Origin: Macrostomum lignano
Taxonomy: Eukaryota
Direction: 5' to 3'
Length of the DNA: 64,000 nt
NCBI GenBank assembly: GCA_002269645.1
Contig: NIVC01002615.1
Location: forward strand, 60,033-124,032
A model generated the notes under the pieces. The model did not search any database, was not told the origin of the DNA, and worked only from the letters and a program-made list of their open reading frames with translations. This document shows, in pieces, positions 24,626-37,422 of the stretch. How positions within the stretch are numbered: position 1 is the stretch's first letter; the number at the start of each line of letters is the position of its first letter. The position numbers and the translations under genes were made by a program.

Positions 24626-25429
24626 GGGAGATTAATCTAGATTTACGCTTCGTAGGAAACCCCGAATAGTCCCGACTCACTTTATTAGTTCGCCAACCAA
24701 TTTTCAAATCCCAAACTCACCTCGCCGATTTCGGCCTCCTGCGGCAGCTGAGATGCGACCAGCGGCTCCGAGCAGGTGCTGCCCTGGCCTGGGATAAAGC
24801 GGCTGCCAACCTCCAATCTCCGCCTGGCAACCACGACGGGCGGCCGGCCGGGGTCCAGGGAGTTGAGGCAGAAGGCGTGCGGCAAGACGATGCGCAGTTC
24901 GCAGACCACCGAGTCAGTGCCGGCCATGCTTGAAGCAGCGTTTCGACAGGAAAGTTTTGAATCGGGCAGAGCGGAACTTGAATTCAGCCAGCAAAACTGA
25001 CAGCGCGATTCGCGAAATTTATTGGAGTTTTTTTGCGACGGCGGCTCCGGTGATCCCTGATCCCTATTGGGCATGGCGGCAGTCGGGATCCTATTGGACC
25101 CGCAGCCCAGATCCCCATCTCCCGCCTCGATCCCGCGGACCGCCTGCTGGGGATCGGGGGGATAGAATTTTGACGCCAAAGCCGAATATTGCGCAACCCC
25201 CGCGGACCGAGGGAATGAAGGAAGAGGCTGGGGCTGGTTGGAGCGAGCTAACAAAAAAGCTGAGGATTCGGGATTAGAGCCAGTGGTGCTTTTAGTAGGG
25301 CCGAACAATATGCGCACCAGGGGGTGGGGCCTGCTTGCCCCTAAGTTTTTGGACTTTTCTGTTGGACAGACAGCATGGGACAGTCGGACAGACACTGAGA
25401 TGAGACTAAGTGAAAATAAAGAGGAAGAT

Positions 25430-25840
25430 TGAGAAGTAGAGAGAGACTAAGAAGCGACTAAGGAGAGGGAGACTGAGAAGCAGATAGAGACTGAGAAGAG
25501 ACTAAGGAGAGGGAGACTGAGAAGTAGAGAGAAACTGAGAAGTAGAGAGAAACTGAGAAGTAGAGAGAAACTGAGAAGTATAAGGATACTGAGAAGTAGA
25601 GAGAGACTGAGAAGTAGAGAGAAACTGAGAAGTAGAGAGAAACTGAGAAGAGACTAAGGAGAGGGAGACTGAGAAGTAGAGAGAGACTGAGAAGTATAGA
25701 GAGACTTTGAATTCGAGAGAGAGGGAGAGAGAGAGAGAGTAGAGTAGAGAGTAGAGTAGAGAGTAGTAGGAGTAGTAGTAGGAGAAAAGTAGAGAGAGAC
25801 TGAGAAGTAGAGAGAGACTAAGTAAAGAGAGACTGAGAAG
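25430..25840. repeat. GA-rich 18-bp repeat (GAGAAACTGAGAAGTAGA)
   Basis: Degenerate tandem copies. Confidence 0.85.
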
Positions 25841-26689
25841 TATAGGTCACAGAGGTTTAAAAGGAGGTTGATTGTGAATGAACTGCTTAAATTTAGATTG
25901 ATAGAAGAAAGGCACTGTGCCAGGAGATTCGCAGTATGCACATGTAATGTGGTTTGAACTTGGCTCGATGATCAGTTCGCAAAGTTTGCATGCTTCCAGC
26001 TGCTGTTTAAAAAGCAAAAGGCAATATGTGTAATTCTCTCAAGTGGCTGCAGGGTCTTCAAAACATTTCTCAATCATTTCTCGGTCTGTTTACATTTGCT
26101 AATTGAATGTCAATGCTAATACCCATGCTGACTGACAAACAGCCGCCGTGGGAGGTCGCACTGATCCCTACCTCCTGCACAGATGCAAATGCTAACCCTA
26201 AATATTCCCTTGTGTTTGCCATTGGGATTTCTGACACAATCTAGCCAGCCAGTCCCCGCCCACAAAATGTCCCAAAATACTTGAATAGGTGTGAAGAAAT
26301 TTTTTTACACAACATCCAGTGTTTGCTATGCTTTTCTGCCACAGTGCGTTTGTGGAGCTGCTGACATTTTAACCAGCAAAAGGATAATGCGTCACGTTTA
26401 GCCCAAGGCGAATTCCCCAATATTGCCAGTATTTGCCCAAGTTGCCCCAATCCCAGTGGGACACACCTTTAGCACATCAAGACGGGAATTCCTGCTTAAA
26501 ATATATATTTCAAGAGCAATTATCAGATTAATATAGTGATGCTAACCATTTACAACCCATGGTGCAATTTTATTAGAAAACTGGGCCATAAAAACATTGT
26601 AGCATTAGAAATTGAAAAAATGAACTTTAAACAGATTGAATTGAACAGTTTTTAATAGGAAATCGAATAGAGTGAGACAGGGAGAGGGA

Positions 26690-27495
26690 GTGTGGGAGCC
26701 TGGGGCGAGTGTGAGAGTGCGAGATTGGGGGAGAGAGAGGGAGGGTGGGAGAGTTTGGGAGTGTGAGGGAGAGTGTGAGGGTAAGAGCCTGGGGGAGAGT
26801 GTGAGGGTGAGAGCCTGGGGGAGAGTGTGAGGGTGAGAGCCTGGGGGAGAGTGTGAGGGTGAGAGCCCGGGGGAGAGTGTGAGGGTGAGAGCCTGGGAGA
26901 GAGTGTGAGGGTGAGAGCCTGGGGGAGAGTGTGAGAGTGTGTGAGAGAGAGGGAGGTGGGAGAGTGGGGTAGAGAGAGGAAATACGGGAGTGGGGGAGAG
27001 TGTGAGGTGGATAGGCAAGGCGGGAGAGTGGGGGAGAGTGTGAGGTGGATGGTGGATAGGCAAGGCGGGAGAGTGGGGGAGAGTGTGAGGTGGATAGGCA
27101 AGGCGGGAGAGTGGGGGAGAGTGTGAGGTGGATAGGCAAGGCGGGAGAGTGGGGGAGAGTGTGAGGTGGATAGGCAAGGCGGGAGAGTGGGGGAGAGTGT
27201 GAGGTGGATAGGCAAGGTGGGAGAGTGGGGGGAGAGTGTGAGGTGGATGGTGGATAGGCAAGGCAGGAGAGTGGGGGAGAGTGTGAGGTGGATGGTGGAT
27301 AGGCAAGGCGGGAGAGTGGGAGAGAGAGTGTGAGGTGGATAGGCAAGGTGGGAGAGTGGGGGGAGAGTGTGAGGTGGATGGTGGATAGGCAAGGTGGGAG
27401 AGTGGCGGGAGAGTGTGAGGTGGATGGTGGATAGGCAAGGCGGGGGAGTGGGGGGGGAGAGTGTGAGGTGGACAGGCAAGGCGGGAGCGTGAGAG
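26690..27495. repeat. G-rich compound minisatellite (GAGAGTGTGAGGGTGAGAGCCTGGG; GTGAGGTGGATAGGCAAGGCGGGAGAGTGGGG)
   Basis: Two adjacent tandem families read directly. Confidence 0.92.
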
Positions 27496-27729
27496 GCCGG
27501 TAGCAACAGTGATTTCCGCAACAATTCGAAATTCAACATATTAGCTCGTAAAAGAAACGTTTTATAAGTAAGGAAGTTGAAAGCAGACACATAGTAGCCA
27601 AAAAATTAACAGGGGCCATCAGCCAGCCGTGAGGAGTGAGTCTCAGCTGCAAGCAAAACATTTGCAGCAAATCGAACAACAAAACTCCTGTTAGTCTACT
27701 TAATATAATAGTAGTATTATTGACAACCA

Positions 27730-28371
27730 CTACTCGTCTTTCTGCTTGTTTGGGCCTTCGTTATCGCCGCTATTCAAAGCTTCATCAGCTTGTTCAGCTT
27801 CTCCAGCCTCGTCAGCTGCGGCAGCAGAGGTGCGGCTCGACTCTCCGCCAGCAGCAGCAGGCAGAAGCAGGCGGTTTTTGTACCAGCGGCGCAGCTGGCT
27901 GACCAGCAGCAGCGGCAGGTTGACAACTCGGGCCATGCGGTTCCTGGACACCAGCATGAACCACAGAGACTCCTCCAGCAGCCGGCGGCTCATCGCCGGA
28001 CTAGTAATCCAGACCAGAGCTAGGAAGAGTCCGCAAGCAGCCGAGGTTGCTATGGCAACAGAGATTAGCGCTAGACTGCCGGCCGCCAGGTCCAGAGCTT
28101 CACCTGTGAGCTCCTCGTAGGTGTTCAGCCCCTCCTGGCCGAGATGGCGGCGACAGGCGCGGGATCGGCAGACTCGCCTGCGGAGAACCTCATTATCCGG
28201 GGTGGCGTTGCGGCAGCTTTCCAGCGAGTCGAGCAGGCAGGTGCGGCTGCTGGTTTGGTGGCGCACCAGGCCGCAGGGCGGTTCGCAGTGGGACCAATCC
28301 GACCAGGCGGTGAACAGATAGATCGGATCACGCTGGCTGCACAGGCCATCCTTTTCCAGCACTCGGCCGGC
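27730..28371 (-). CDS. Terminal exon of the WSC/EGF/TSP1 membrane protein: EGF end, TSP type 1 repeat, TM helix, cytoplasmic tail
   Basis: AGRVLEKDGLC...WSDWSHCEPPCG...SRTC...C (TSP1), then the hydrophobic SLALISVAIATSAACGLFLALVWIT; phase-0 acceptor cttcttAG at 28372. Confidence 0.9.
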   Translation of the reverse strand, partial: AGRVLEKDGLCSQRDPIYLFTAWSDWSHCEPPCGLVRHQTSSRTCLLDSLESCRNATPDNEVLRRRVCRSRACRRHLGQEGLNTYEELTGEALDLAAGSLALISVAIATSAACGLFLALVWITSPAMSRRLLEESLWFMLVSRNRMARVVNLPLLLVSQLRRWYKNRLLLPAAAGGESSRTSAAAADEAGEAEQADEALNSGDNEGPNKQKDE

Positions 28372-28414
28372 CTAAGAAGCGATCAGACGTAGCAGATGTG
28401 CATTTTGCATTGCG

Positions 28415-28838
<424 letters not shown>

Positions 28839-28859
28839 ACTAATAAACACAGTTACAAC

Positions 28860-29162
28860 CTTGCACAAGCAGCGCCAGCCTCCATTGGGTGTGTCAGTAC
28901 AGATGCCCTCGCCGCAGAAGACGTTCTTACAAGCGCTCGATTCCTTTAGGCAGTTCTCAAACGGTAGCGAGGTGTCTGGCTGCGATTTACCTCGGCAGCC
29001 GCACGTGTAAGGGATGTGGGGCACAACAGGTGCATCCGAGCCGCTGAAAGCGTTGAAGCATACATTGCGCTCCGATTCGGGCTGTAGCGCTTGCACGAAA
29101 CAGGCCGAGTTTCCCATCTTTATGGTATCGCTTTTCCTCGTGCCCGCGTTTGATTCGCATCC
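28860..29162 (-). CDS. Cys-rich/EGF exon of the membrane protein
   Basis: GCESNAG...ACKNVFCGEGICTDTPNGGWRCLCK|, joining in phase 0 to AGRVLEKDGLC to complete an EGF module. The acceptor is preceded by a CTAAT branch-like motif. Confidence 0.8.
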
Positions 29163-29585
29163 CTTCCGAATTGGTTGCGATTAGAACGCTTTTAATAAGG
29201 CTCAGTCTCTTTCATACAGAAAGGGGGTGTCAAATTAGTTCCGAAAATTGAAGCGATGTATCAAAGTGGTGCTTTCATTGTCTGATACCTCTATTAGACC
29301 GGCATAATCTGGCAATGAGTATAAAATACTCTGACATAAGACAGAGAAATTTGGTATTCGATTAAATTACACTCATTGCCGGCTCAACAGAGGTATCCAA
29401 CAGCTCGTCCGACAAAGGCCGCTCATCGCTTCAATCTCGGAACTAAGTCGACAATCAACCCAAAAAGGCCGCTCATGTAGTGGAACTACGATCGCTAAAT
29501 TTCCATTCTTAAAACTAAGTTAAGGTCCCTAGTGTTTATCCTAGGTAGCTCATCAGTTCACTTAGTAAAAAAATGTCAACCTCAC

Positions 29586-31410
29586 CGTCAGATTCACCGT
29601 GCAGTGCTCGCCCGTAAAGTCTGGCCTGCACACGCAGGACACGTCGTCTTCTAAAGACTTCACTAACACTTGGTTTGTCCTGCCCAAATTGCATTTGTTC
29701 ACGGTCTTATTGAATGTTCTGTAGAAGATGGTGCGCATCCAGGTGTCCCAATAAGCGTACCGGGCTCGCACCTGGCTATCAAGGTCCAATGTAAGACCGG
29801 ACTCGAATTCACCGTGTAGCAGGCCCTGAAGAAGGCGCCTGACGCTTGGCCGCGCTGATGCTGTTAGCACGGGAATGCGGATCTCGCCTCGATGCGTGTC
29901 AATCTTTGTTAAACCGAACAAGCCAGCCATGTCAGCCAATTCGATCTTCTCTGGTGGCAAATTTGCGTTCGGTCGGAGGCTGATACTGTTTACAGTCTCC
30001 AGATGATCGGGGCACTCGTACAGAATGCTAAGGTTATAAAATCCAGGCTGCTTTAGTAAACTCGGATAGCATTCAACGCTTTCGGGTAGCATTAGCAAAT
30101 TAAGCTGATAAACTGGCGAGTGATCCTCGTTGCCGCAGTTTTTCACATCTTCTATACTGTCGCAATACGTTAAAGTCTGGTCGCAAACAGTTTTGCTGTA
30201 TGCTAACGACAGCTTTTTCGTGTCAGCAAAGCAAGCGCACCGCAGATCGTTAAGTCTTTGACTAAAAAAATTGTGTATAACTTCTTTAGCTGCTTTCTAC
30301 ACTTCTTTATGCACTGGGCATGACTGTTTGTGTGCTCTGATTCCACGCCTTTGATGTTGAAGCAGTTATTTGTTGTGGGATATGGCATCAGGATGCTGGG
30401 CATTGCGGATCTGAGAGTGCAGTTAGTTGATAAGAATAGCTTATAAGCGTAGTAGAAGCGTGACTCTGCCATCAACATTAGGGAACCACCTTCTTGAGCT
30501 AGATGCTTGCCAGCCTGTAGGAATTTGTCTAGATCTTTGTCGTATTGTGTCTGTGTTGGAACTGCTTTTTCATGGGTTGAAGGGTTGACCATAATAATTG
30601 GGAAAACTCTTGCCGCTCTTAAATCCGCGATTGCTTCGTCAAGTGAGTCCTTTTTCTCTAAACAATGCATACCAGCCACTGGAGTTATTTTGTGAAACTC
30701 TCCGTCTGCCACGCACAAGCAGTATGGTGCAGGGCAGGTCTTTGGGCCGCATATAAGGAACTTGAACACACAATTGGGGCTAGAGCAAGATTTAGCGCAT
30801 TCGTACTCGCACAGGTCGTGATGCCGAAGTTTAAGGCCGCCAATCAGCCTGGTTAGCCAGAAAAAATTACTTTTAGTCTTTTTGTGCTCAAAATCCTGCC
30901 CAATGAAAGAATAGCAACCGTTGTACTGTGTGTGTTGTTTTTCTTTTTTAATCATAAAAACGGTGTAGGTGGAACCAAATCCGGCGTGGCCCTGCAAATG
31001 ATTTCTCCATGAGAATGGATAGTAAATGCTTCCTGGAGCATCATGCACTGCGTAATAATCGAGCCGGTACACATTACCCCTATGGGGAGCATAGCTACCG
31101 GCTCGGATCATTTGCTTGAGGCGCGTCGGCGGCTCATTCGAGCAATAGCAGTTCTCCCCAGACAGATACGCATACACTGCGCACCTGTCCTCGCAGATAC
31201 GAAAGCATTTTTCACCAACTGCGCCACCGCCACCTCCACCACTTTTAATCGAAGTCGATAAAATTATGTTATTGGATAATGGAGGCAGCTCTTCCAAAAA
31301 AAACCAGCCGAGTCCATTCTTTAATCTAATTGTTCGAATGTCAAGCCGTATATCACCCAAAACCTTACTAGTTGATTCGGGCACTTTGTAAAAATCTAGT
31401 GGCAATTTGG
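29586..31410 (-). CDS. Large exon with WSC-like modules and an EGF; apparent 1-bp frameshift at 30264-30270
   Basis: ORFs 30203-31405 and 29562-30146 join across an A7 run to give CIKKCRKQLKKLYTIF(F)SQRLNDLRCACF. Also contains YNGCY, CFRICEDRCAVYAYLSGENCYC and SCVCRPDFTGEHC. Phase-1 acceptor at 31411, GTGAG donor at 29585. Confidence 0.85.
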
Positions 31411-31520
31411 CTGAAATGGAAAAAAGTAGTTAGGAAAATTCGAAATCAAATTTCTTTTAAATGTAGAGGTTAAACTTGATGGAATAGATTTCTCTGTGTA
31501 GGAGCATGCATATCACTTAC

Positions 31521-32236
31521 ATTTTATCTTATTCATGGCGCAGTTCTCGAGAGCCATTTCTCCCATGTAGTGCAAAGCGATGCTGTTATCGTCTAGACCC
31601 ACAGATATTGAATGCGGTCTAACAGCACGATCGGGAAATGTCGAACAATTGCCTGTTTTGAGAGGCACCTCTGCCAATAGTTCAACTTTGTTGGTGCAGT
31701 AGCAGTAGATGCTGCTTAGGGCAAAATAACTCATACAGGACATCTGGCAAAAGATGCGACATTTGATCGGGTCTTTCTGAGAAATTCTTACCAGTTTATC
31801 AGTGATGACAATTTCATTGTGATAGTTATCACCAAGCATTGAGTCTCGCTGCAGTCTAGCGGGGTTGATCCAATGGTATCCGTCAATGCTAGTGTTGGCG
31901 CCGTGGTTCCATGGAAGCGTCACTTTATTACCCAATGAAGAACTAAAAGTACCTTCAAACCTTATGAAATCTATGCTTTCATTGAGCTTGCCCAATTTTA
32001 ATTTATGCTTATCTCCCAGTGTCACACATTGGTACGAATAATGTTGCCTACCGCCGCACTTCGGAACCTCTCGCTTCAGCATGAACGCTTTGTAGTGTTT
32101 CACACCGCCGCACCACCAGTCAGTCCTGTGCTTGCACAGACGGCCGCAGGGCGCCGGAGCAGCAATAGGTGTTTCGAACGCAAAACCGGAAGAGCAAAGG
32201 CAAGCACGCGATGATAAAAACATAACGTTGCTGCAT
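31521..32236 (-). CDS. WSC-like exon of the membrane protein
   Basis: CSNVMFLSSRACLC...PCGRLCKHRTDWWCGG (WSC C-terminal motif) and KCRIFCQMSCMSYFALSSIYCYC; phase-2 acceptor at 32237, GTAAGT donor at 31520. Confidence 0.88.
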
Positions 32237-32519
32237 CTAAAATGAGTGTTTGACGGTTGCGATGTACATTAGAGTAGAATAGGGTAGTGCAATTGACTAA
32301 ACTAGAGAAATATGATTTATGATTAGAACTATTAGAAATGGCATGAACTTTTTCTCAATCAATATAAAGTCAATTATGCCCTCATAAATTAATTCATGCA
32401 ACATGCCACGGAAATTTGAATTAATTTTACTAACTGGGAGCCAATAACTTAGTCTAACTTAGGCAGCTCATTATGCTCTAGGTTTCTGTGCACCTATCTC
32501 CACTGAGACAGACGAGACG

Positions 32520-33386
32520 AGAGAGGAGAGGCGAGAGATGGGAAGAGAAAAGATAGAAGACAAGATTAGAAAAGAGGGGGAGAGAAGAGAGGAGAGAGGA
32601 GAAAGGAGAGGGGAGAGCGGAGAGAAGGGAGAGCGGAGAGAAGAAGGGAGAGTGGAGAGAAGAAGTGATAGGGGAGAGAAGAAGGGATAGGGGAGAGAAG
32701 AAGTGATAGGGGAGAGAAGAAGTGATAGGGGAGAGAAGAAGGGATAGGGGAGAGAAGAAGTGATAGGGGAGAGAAGAAGTGATAGGGGAGAGAAGAAGTG
32801 ATAGGGGAGAGAAGAAGTGATAGGGGAGAGAAGAAGGGAGAGCAGAGAGAAGAAGGGAGAGCGGAGAGAAGGGAGAGTGGAGAGAAGAAGGGAGAGTGGA
32901 GAGAAGAAGTGATAGGGGAGAGAAGAAGGGATAGGGGAGAGAAGAAGGGATAGGGGAGAGAAGAAGTGATAGGGGAGAGAAGAAGGGATAGGGGAGAGAA
33001 GAAGGGATAGGGGAGAGAAGAAGGGATAGGGGAGAGAAGAAGGGAGAGCAGAGAGAAGAAGTGATAGGGGAGAGAAGAAGGGATAGGGGAGAGAAGAAGT
33101 GATAGGGGAGAGAAGAAGGGATAGGGGAGAGAAGAAGTGATAGGGGAGAGAAGAAGGGATAGGGGAGAGAAGAAGGGAGAGCAGAGAGAAGAAGGGATAG
33201 GGGAGAGAAGAAGGGAGAGCAGAGAGAAGAAGGGATAGGGGAGAGAAGAAGGGAGAGCAGAGAGAAGAAGGGATAGGGGAGAGAAGAAGGGAGAGCAGAG
33301 AGAAGAAGGGATAGGGGAGGGAAGAAGGGAGAAAGAGAGAGCTGAAGCGAGACAAACCTTAAGCGGGCCGAGTTTGCCGACCCCTG
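32520..33386 (-). mobile_element. Truncated hAT-like MITE with an expanded GA-rich minisatellite (~24-bp units)
   Basis: The minus strand begins CAGGGGTCGGCAAACT (33386-33371), a Charlie-type TIR, followed by CTTAAGGTTTGTCTC..CTTCAGCTC resembling the 48330 copy. The other end was not found. Confidence 0.65.
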
Positions 33387-33632
33387 TATTAAAGGGTTAG
33401 CCTTTACCGACAATAATGACCTTGAGAAATTCTCATCTAAGGATAGAACGTCTTCTTTTCGGAATCAATACAGTTTGTCAAAGGGAAGAGACAAAATATG
33501 CTAGGCATAAGCGTGGCTTGTTGGTACGTCCCATTTTTAAATCATAAATCACATAAAGACACTACTACACAGGGGTTGCACACTAACTACACTTAAGCGT
33601 ATAGCCCATGCAACGCTATCAATGGCACTTAC

Positions 33633-34317
33633 CGTCTTTGGCAGATTAGTAAGCACTTGGTAAAGTCACCCTCTCGGACCCTGCTGTGCAAACTATACTC
33701 TGATTTCAATGTCGAATACGAATTGATGCAAATGTCGGTGAGACGCACATCCTGCCAGGGCATTTCCCTCCTGACAGTTTCAACATCATTTCCGGGCAAG
33801 CTGGAGATGACCATGCGTGGCGGCCAGATTGCGCAACCCTTAAAGTACGCGGAGCAGGTGTACCAATGGGCACCTGGACATGCGCCTTCCTTACTGACAT
33901 TGAACCCAGCTGAGAGCGGTTTGCCGTCATGTGAGAATGCGTTGGAATTTAAGCTGCAATGACATAAACCACCAGTTGCAGTGTGACTCATCAGAACATA
34001 ATTGCAGGTGCTGGAATTCAAGCATTCATTCAAGCATTCCTTCGGTCGCATTTTTGGCAGGGTAGACAAATCGAGAAAGTCCACATTTAATAAATAGTCT
34101 GTTTCCTTCATCCCCAACGAACAGTATGAGTGTGCGTAGATGGTGTGCACGCGTTCCACCAAAATCGGATGCGGCAGATCCACTGACACAATTGGGTCAG
34201 GGTCAGCTGCAGGGATGCCGCCAAGCTTCATCCAATTCGACCGCATGCGCCTGGCGATTCTCAGCGTTGAGTAGGCGTCGTGTCCAAACGGATGGAATCT
34301 GGTCTCGGGATTTAGTT
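33633..34317 (-). CDS. Exon 2 of the membrane protein (possible F5/8C-like segment plus WSC-like modules)
   Basis: Phase-1 acceptor ttcgcttacAG matches the exon-1 donor; contains PIVSVDLPHPILVERVHT, ECLNECLNSSTCNYVL..CHC and YFKGC; GTAAGT donor at 33632 (phase 2). Confidence 0.85.
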
Positions 34318-34429
34318 CTGTAAGCGAAGATGGGAGACGCAATTACGCTGCTGAGCAGGCGAAATTTTACTTACAACTCAGGTGTCTTCTGGCACACTTT
34401 CTATGAACAGAGGCCGCACAGTCCGACAC

Positions 34430-34745
34430 AGAGGCCGCACACTACTACACAGTGGCTGCACACTACTACACAGGGGCTGCACACTACTACACAGGGGCTG
34501 CACACTACTACACAGGGGCTGCACACTACTAGACAGGGGCTGCACACTACTAGACAGGGGCTGCACACTACTACACAGGGGCTGCACACTACTACACAGG
34601 GGCTGCACACTACTACACAGGGGCTGCACACTACTACACAGGGGCTGCACACTACTACACAGGGGCTGCACACTACTACACAGGGGCTGCACACTACTAC
34701 ACAGGGGCTGCACACTACTACACAGGGGCTGCACACTACTACACT
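34430..34745. repeat. 21-bp tandem repeat CACTACTACACAGGGGCTGCA
   Basis: About 15 copies, intronic. Confidence 0.97.
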
Positions 34746-35070
34746 GGGGCAGCACTACATCTACTCAACGATCTCAATGAAGAATCCCTGCAGAATGAAG
34801 TTAAAGATGTACTTTTAAAAAATTAAGGCTTGAAACCGGAGAGCAATGCGCAAGAGCTGGTGTAGACGCTAAAAACCGAACACACTCTTCATCCAGTATT
34901 CGTCTTTGACGACACCGGTTCATCCTTTTTGAGCCCGATGCCCTTATCGTCAGCAGGTGATAGTTTCATGGATGCGACTAGTGTTTTTCGACTTTCGACA
35001 AACAGACAACGCTCTTTATAGTATTTATTCGTACAAAGACACCACACGTTCAAACAAGGTCTACTTTTTA

Positions 35071-35103
35071 CCATAGACTATATATAGACAGAGTCCGAGA
35101 GAG

Positions 35104-35191
<88 letters not shown>

Positions 35192-35409
35192 ATTGTGTTC
35201 AAGTGAGGAGTACATACCATATTTCCCATTTAATTCGGCTGTCTATGGGGTAGGGCTGCTGCAGCCACAGCTATTCATAATACGAGTACATGTTGAGTTA
35301 TGGTACTTTTAAATCTATTTTATTTACTCTATAAAGAGTATTATTCTTATCTTTTCTTTCAATTGCTACTGTAATGCTAGAGTGCAGCAAGAAGCCATAT
35401 AGTCTATGG
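35071..35409. mobile_element. Small MITE with CCATAGACTATAT TIRs and TTA flanks, carrying a (GA)n(GT)n microsatellite
   Basis: CCATAGACTATAT at 35071 and ATATAGTCTATGG ending at 35409, with TTA on both sides. Confidence 0.7.
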
Positions 35410-35475
35410 TTATAATACGCTGCGGCTGGATAATGCTAGAATGGCAGAAAATGCTACATCTAGGCAATATAGAAT

Positions 35476-36172
35476 CAAGGACGACTTAAGTAGAAGGACG
35501 GGAAACCTCGTTTCTTAGAAAAGTTTTGAAGGCACTTTTTCCCAAAAAAATACACTACGGAGATAGGAAGTTTTCATTTTTTCAGCACAAAAATTGTTAT
35601 TGCGTTTGATAGGAGGCAGATCCAGTGTTCATCTTTTGATATGTTGTGCCTTTTTTATTGCTCTATCTATATTTATAAAGCTTTTCGTTCAGAAAATTAG
35701 GATTCTATGTTAATTTTTTATTCTACGTATATTTCCTGTATCTAAAAATCACAAAAATGCATGACACAGCTCCAATATTTGGTTTTATGAATCTATTTTA
35801 TCATCTCTGTTACAAATATTTGCTACACAGTCGGATAAGAATGATAAAAAAGACTCATGAAGCTAAAGAGCCGAGCCGTGGCATTCTAATGTATTTCAAG
35901 CACAAGACACGCGAAAATATACGTAGAATAAAAAATTAACATAGAATCCTAATTTTCTGAACGAAAAGCTTTATAAATATCGATAGAGCAATAAAAAGGC
36001 ACAACATATCAAAAGATGAACACTAGATCTGCCTCCTATCAAACGCAATAACAATTTTTGTGCTGAAAAAATGAAAACTTCCTATCTCCGTAGTGTATTT
36101 TTTCGGGAAAAAGTGCCTTCAAAACTTTTCTAAGAAACGAGGTTTCCCGTCCTTCTACTTAAGTCGTCCTTG
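35476..36172. mobile_element. P-element-like MITE: ~259-bp TIRs, 180-bp spacer, 8-bp TSD TATAGAAT
   Basis: CAAGGACGACTTAAG... / ...CTTAAGTCGTCCTTG; TATAGAAT at 35468-35475 and 36173-36180. The arms differ at only about 3 positions by eye. Confidence 0.9.
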
Positions 36173-36515
36173 TATAGAATCTGTGATAAAATGTGCATTC
36201 AGTTGTTTGCTCTAACTGAAAAGATAATCGCGGCCATAGACTATAAGTTTTAATACTAAAGCTGTAATAAGCTTGAAAGCTCCCAGGGAAACCAGAATCA
36301 CTTGAACATAAGCCAACAGTAACTGTTTAACTCGAACTTTTTCGTGCATTAGCCCACAAGCTCTGGTCAAACTTGCATGGAGCTCTTGTGTTTTGCACAT
36401 CAATGCTGAGAATCCAAAGTTTTTTCACCTTACAATCGCAATAAGCATTATCAGCCATCGCCAATCATCATTAATCATAATTTCATGCCCTCGTATAATA
36501 TAAAACAGAACTCAC

Positions 36516-37422
36516 CAAAAGTTTTGAAGGTCCTGCCCTTCGAAGATTTACTGTAGAACCCGGCGCGCAAAATTGGCAGCTTAGTGTCGATGAAGATATT
36601 TAGCGAGTCAATGCTGATCCTCAACTTGTTGCGCAATCTCAAGGTCATGAAGAAGTCCTTTTCTTCGCTGCAACTCAGCGTATTAATATCCCAGTAGTAG
36701 CCAGGGCGGCAGTTGCAATTGAAGCTCCGGCGCCAGATCCGGGAATTCTGGGTGCAGATTGGGTTTTCCAGATTCTCGGTGACCTGCACGCAGGGATTGC
36801 AGTCGCGATTTCCGCTCGGACACTTGTCAGCGTTGTTGTACAGTCGCCCAGATTTGCATGGGTTCGGGCAGCGATTGTACAGGTCCTTGTCAATTGCATC
36901 GATGCGAGACATTGCGTCGCAATAGGCAAAATGGTACATCTGGGTCAAGAGGTCCTGACGCTCTGACCTATCGGCCTTGATGCCGCTTGAGGCCAGCACC
37001 CTTTCAAACTCCATGAACGTTTCCAGAAACCGGGTAGTGAAATGAAAAAGCAAAAAGTTTAGTCTTTTTTCATTGACGGTTTTGGCTACAGGTAGGTACG
37101 CCATTCGCTTGTCTTGAATCACCAAATCCGGCACTATTCTCGTAGCGTTCATATAATTTTCCTCAAACAGAAATCCGTCCATGAATCGGCGCACCCAGGG
37201 CAGCCAGCGCATCCTGTCGGAAAGTTTCTCGGTGCTGTTTCTATAGACGCCATCAAAAATACCGACTGGCAGTTCGGCCGTGCCAACTAAACCGTATTCG
37301 AAGCCGCTGTGCAGCCGTTTGGTAATTTCCGAGTTCTTTGGATACTGGATAAAGTAGTGGTGCACTAGGCAGTTAGCCACTGCTGCGGCTCCCAGCAGGG
37401 CTAAAATTCGAGCGAGCAGCAT
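36516..37422 (-). CDS. First exon of the WSC/EGF/TSP1 membrane protein: signal peptide and EGF-like module
   Basis: MLLARILALLGAAAVANC signal peptide; CPNPC...CNPC...C...FNCNCRPGYYWDINTLSC; canonical phase-1 donor TTTG|GTGAGT at 36515. Confidence 0.88.

Noticed and set aside
22136-25395. ORFs 22136-22669, 22897-23223 and 24685-25395 as genes or transposon proteins
   Set aside because: No recognisable motifs, signal peptides or clear splice context; they may be decayed element or regulatory sequence.
34375-36410. Extra exons for the membrane protein (~36410-36300, ~35077-34900, 34400-34375)
   Set aside because: Individually plausible, but the chain does not rejoin exon 2 in frame at 34317, whereas the direct 36516-34317 join does. 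The 35077 acceptor also lies inside a MITE terminus.
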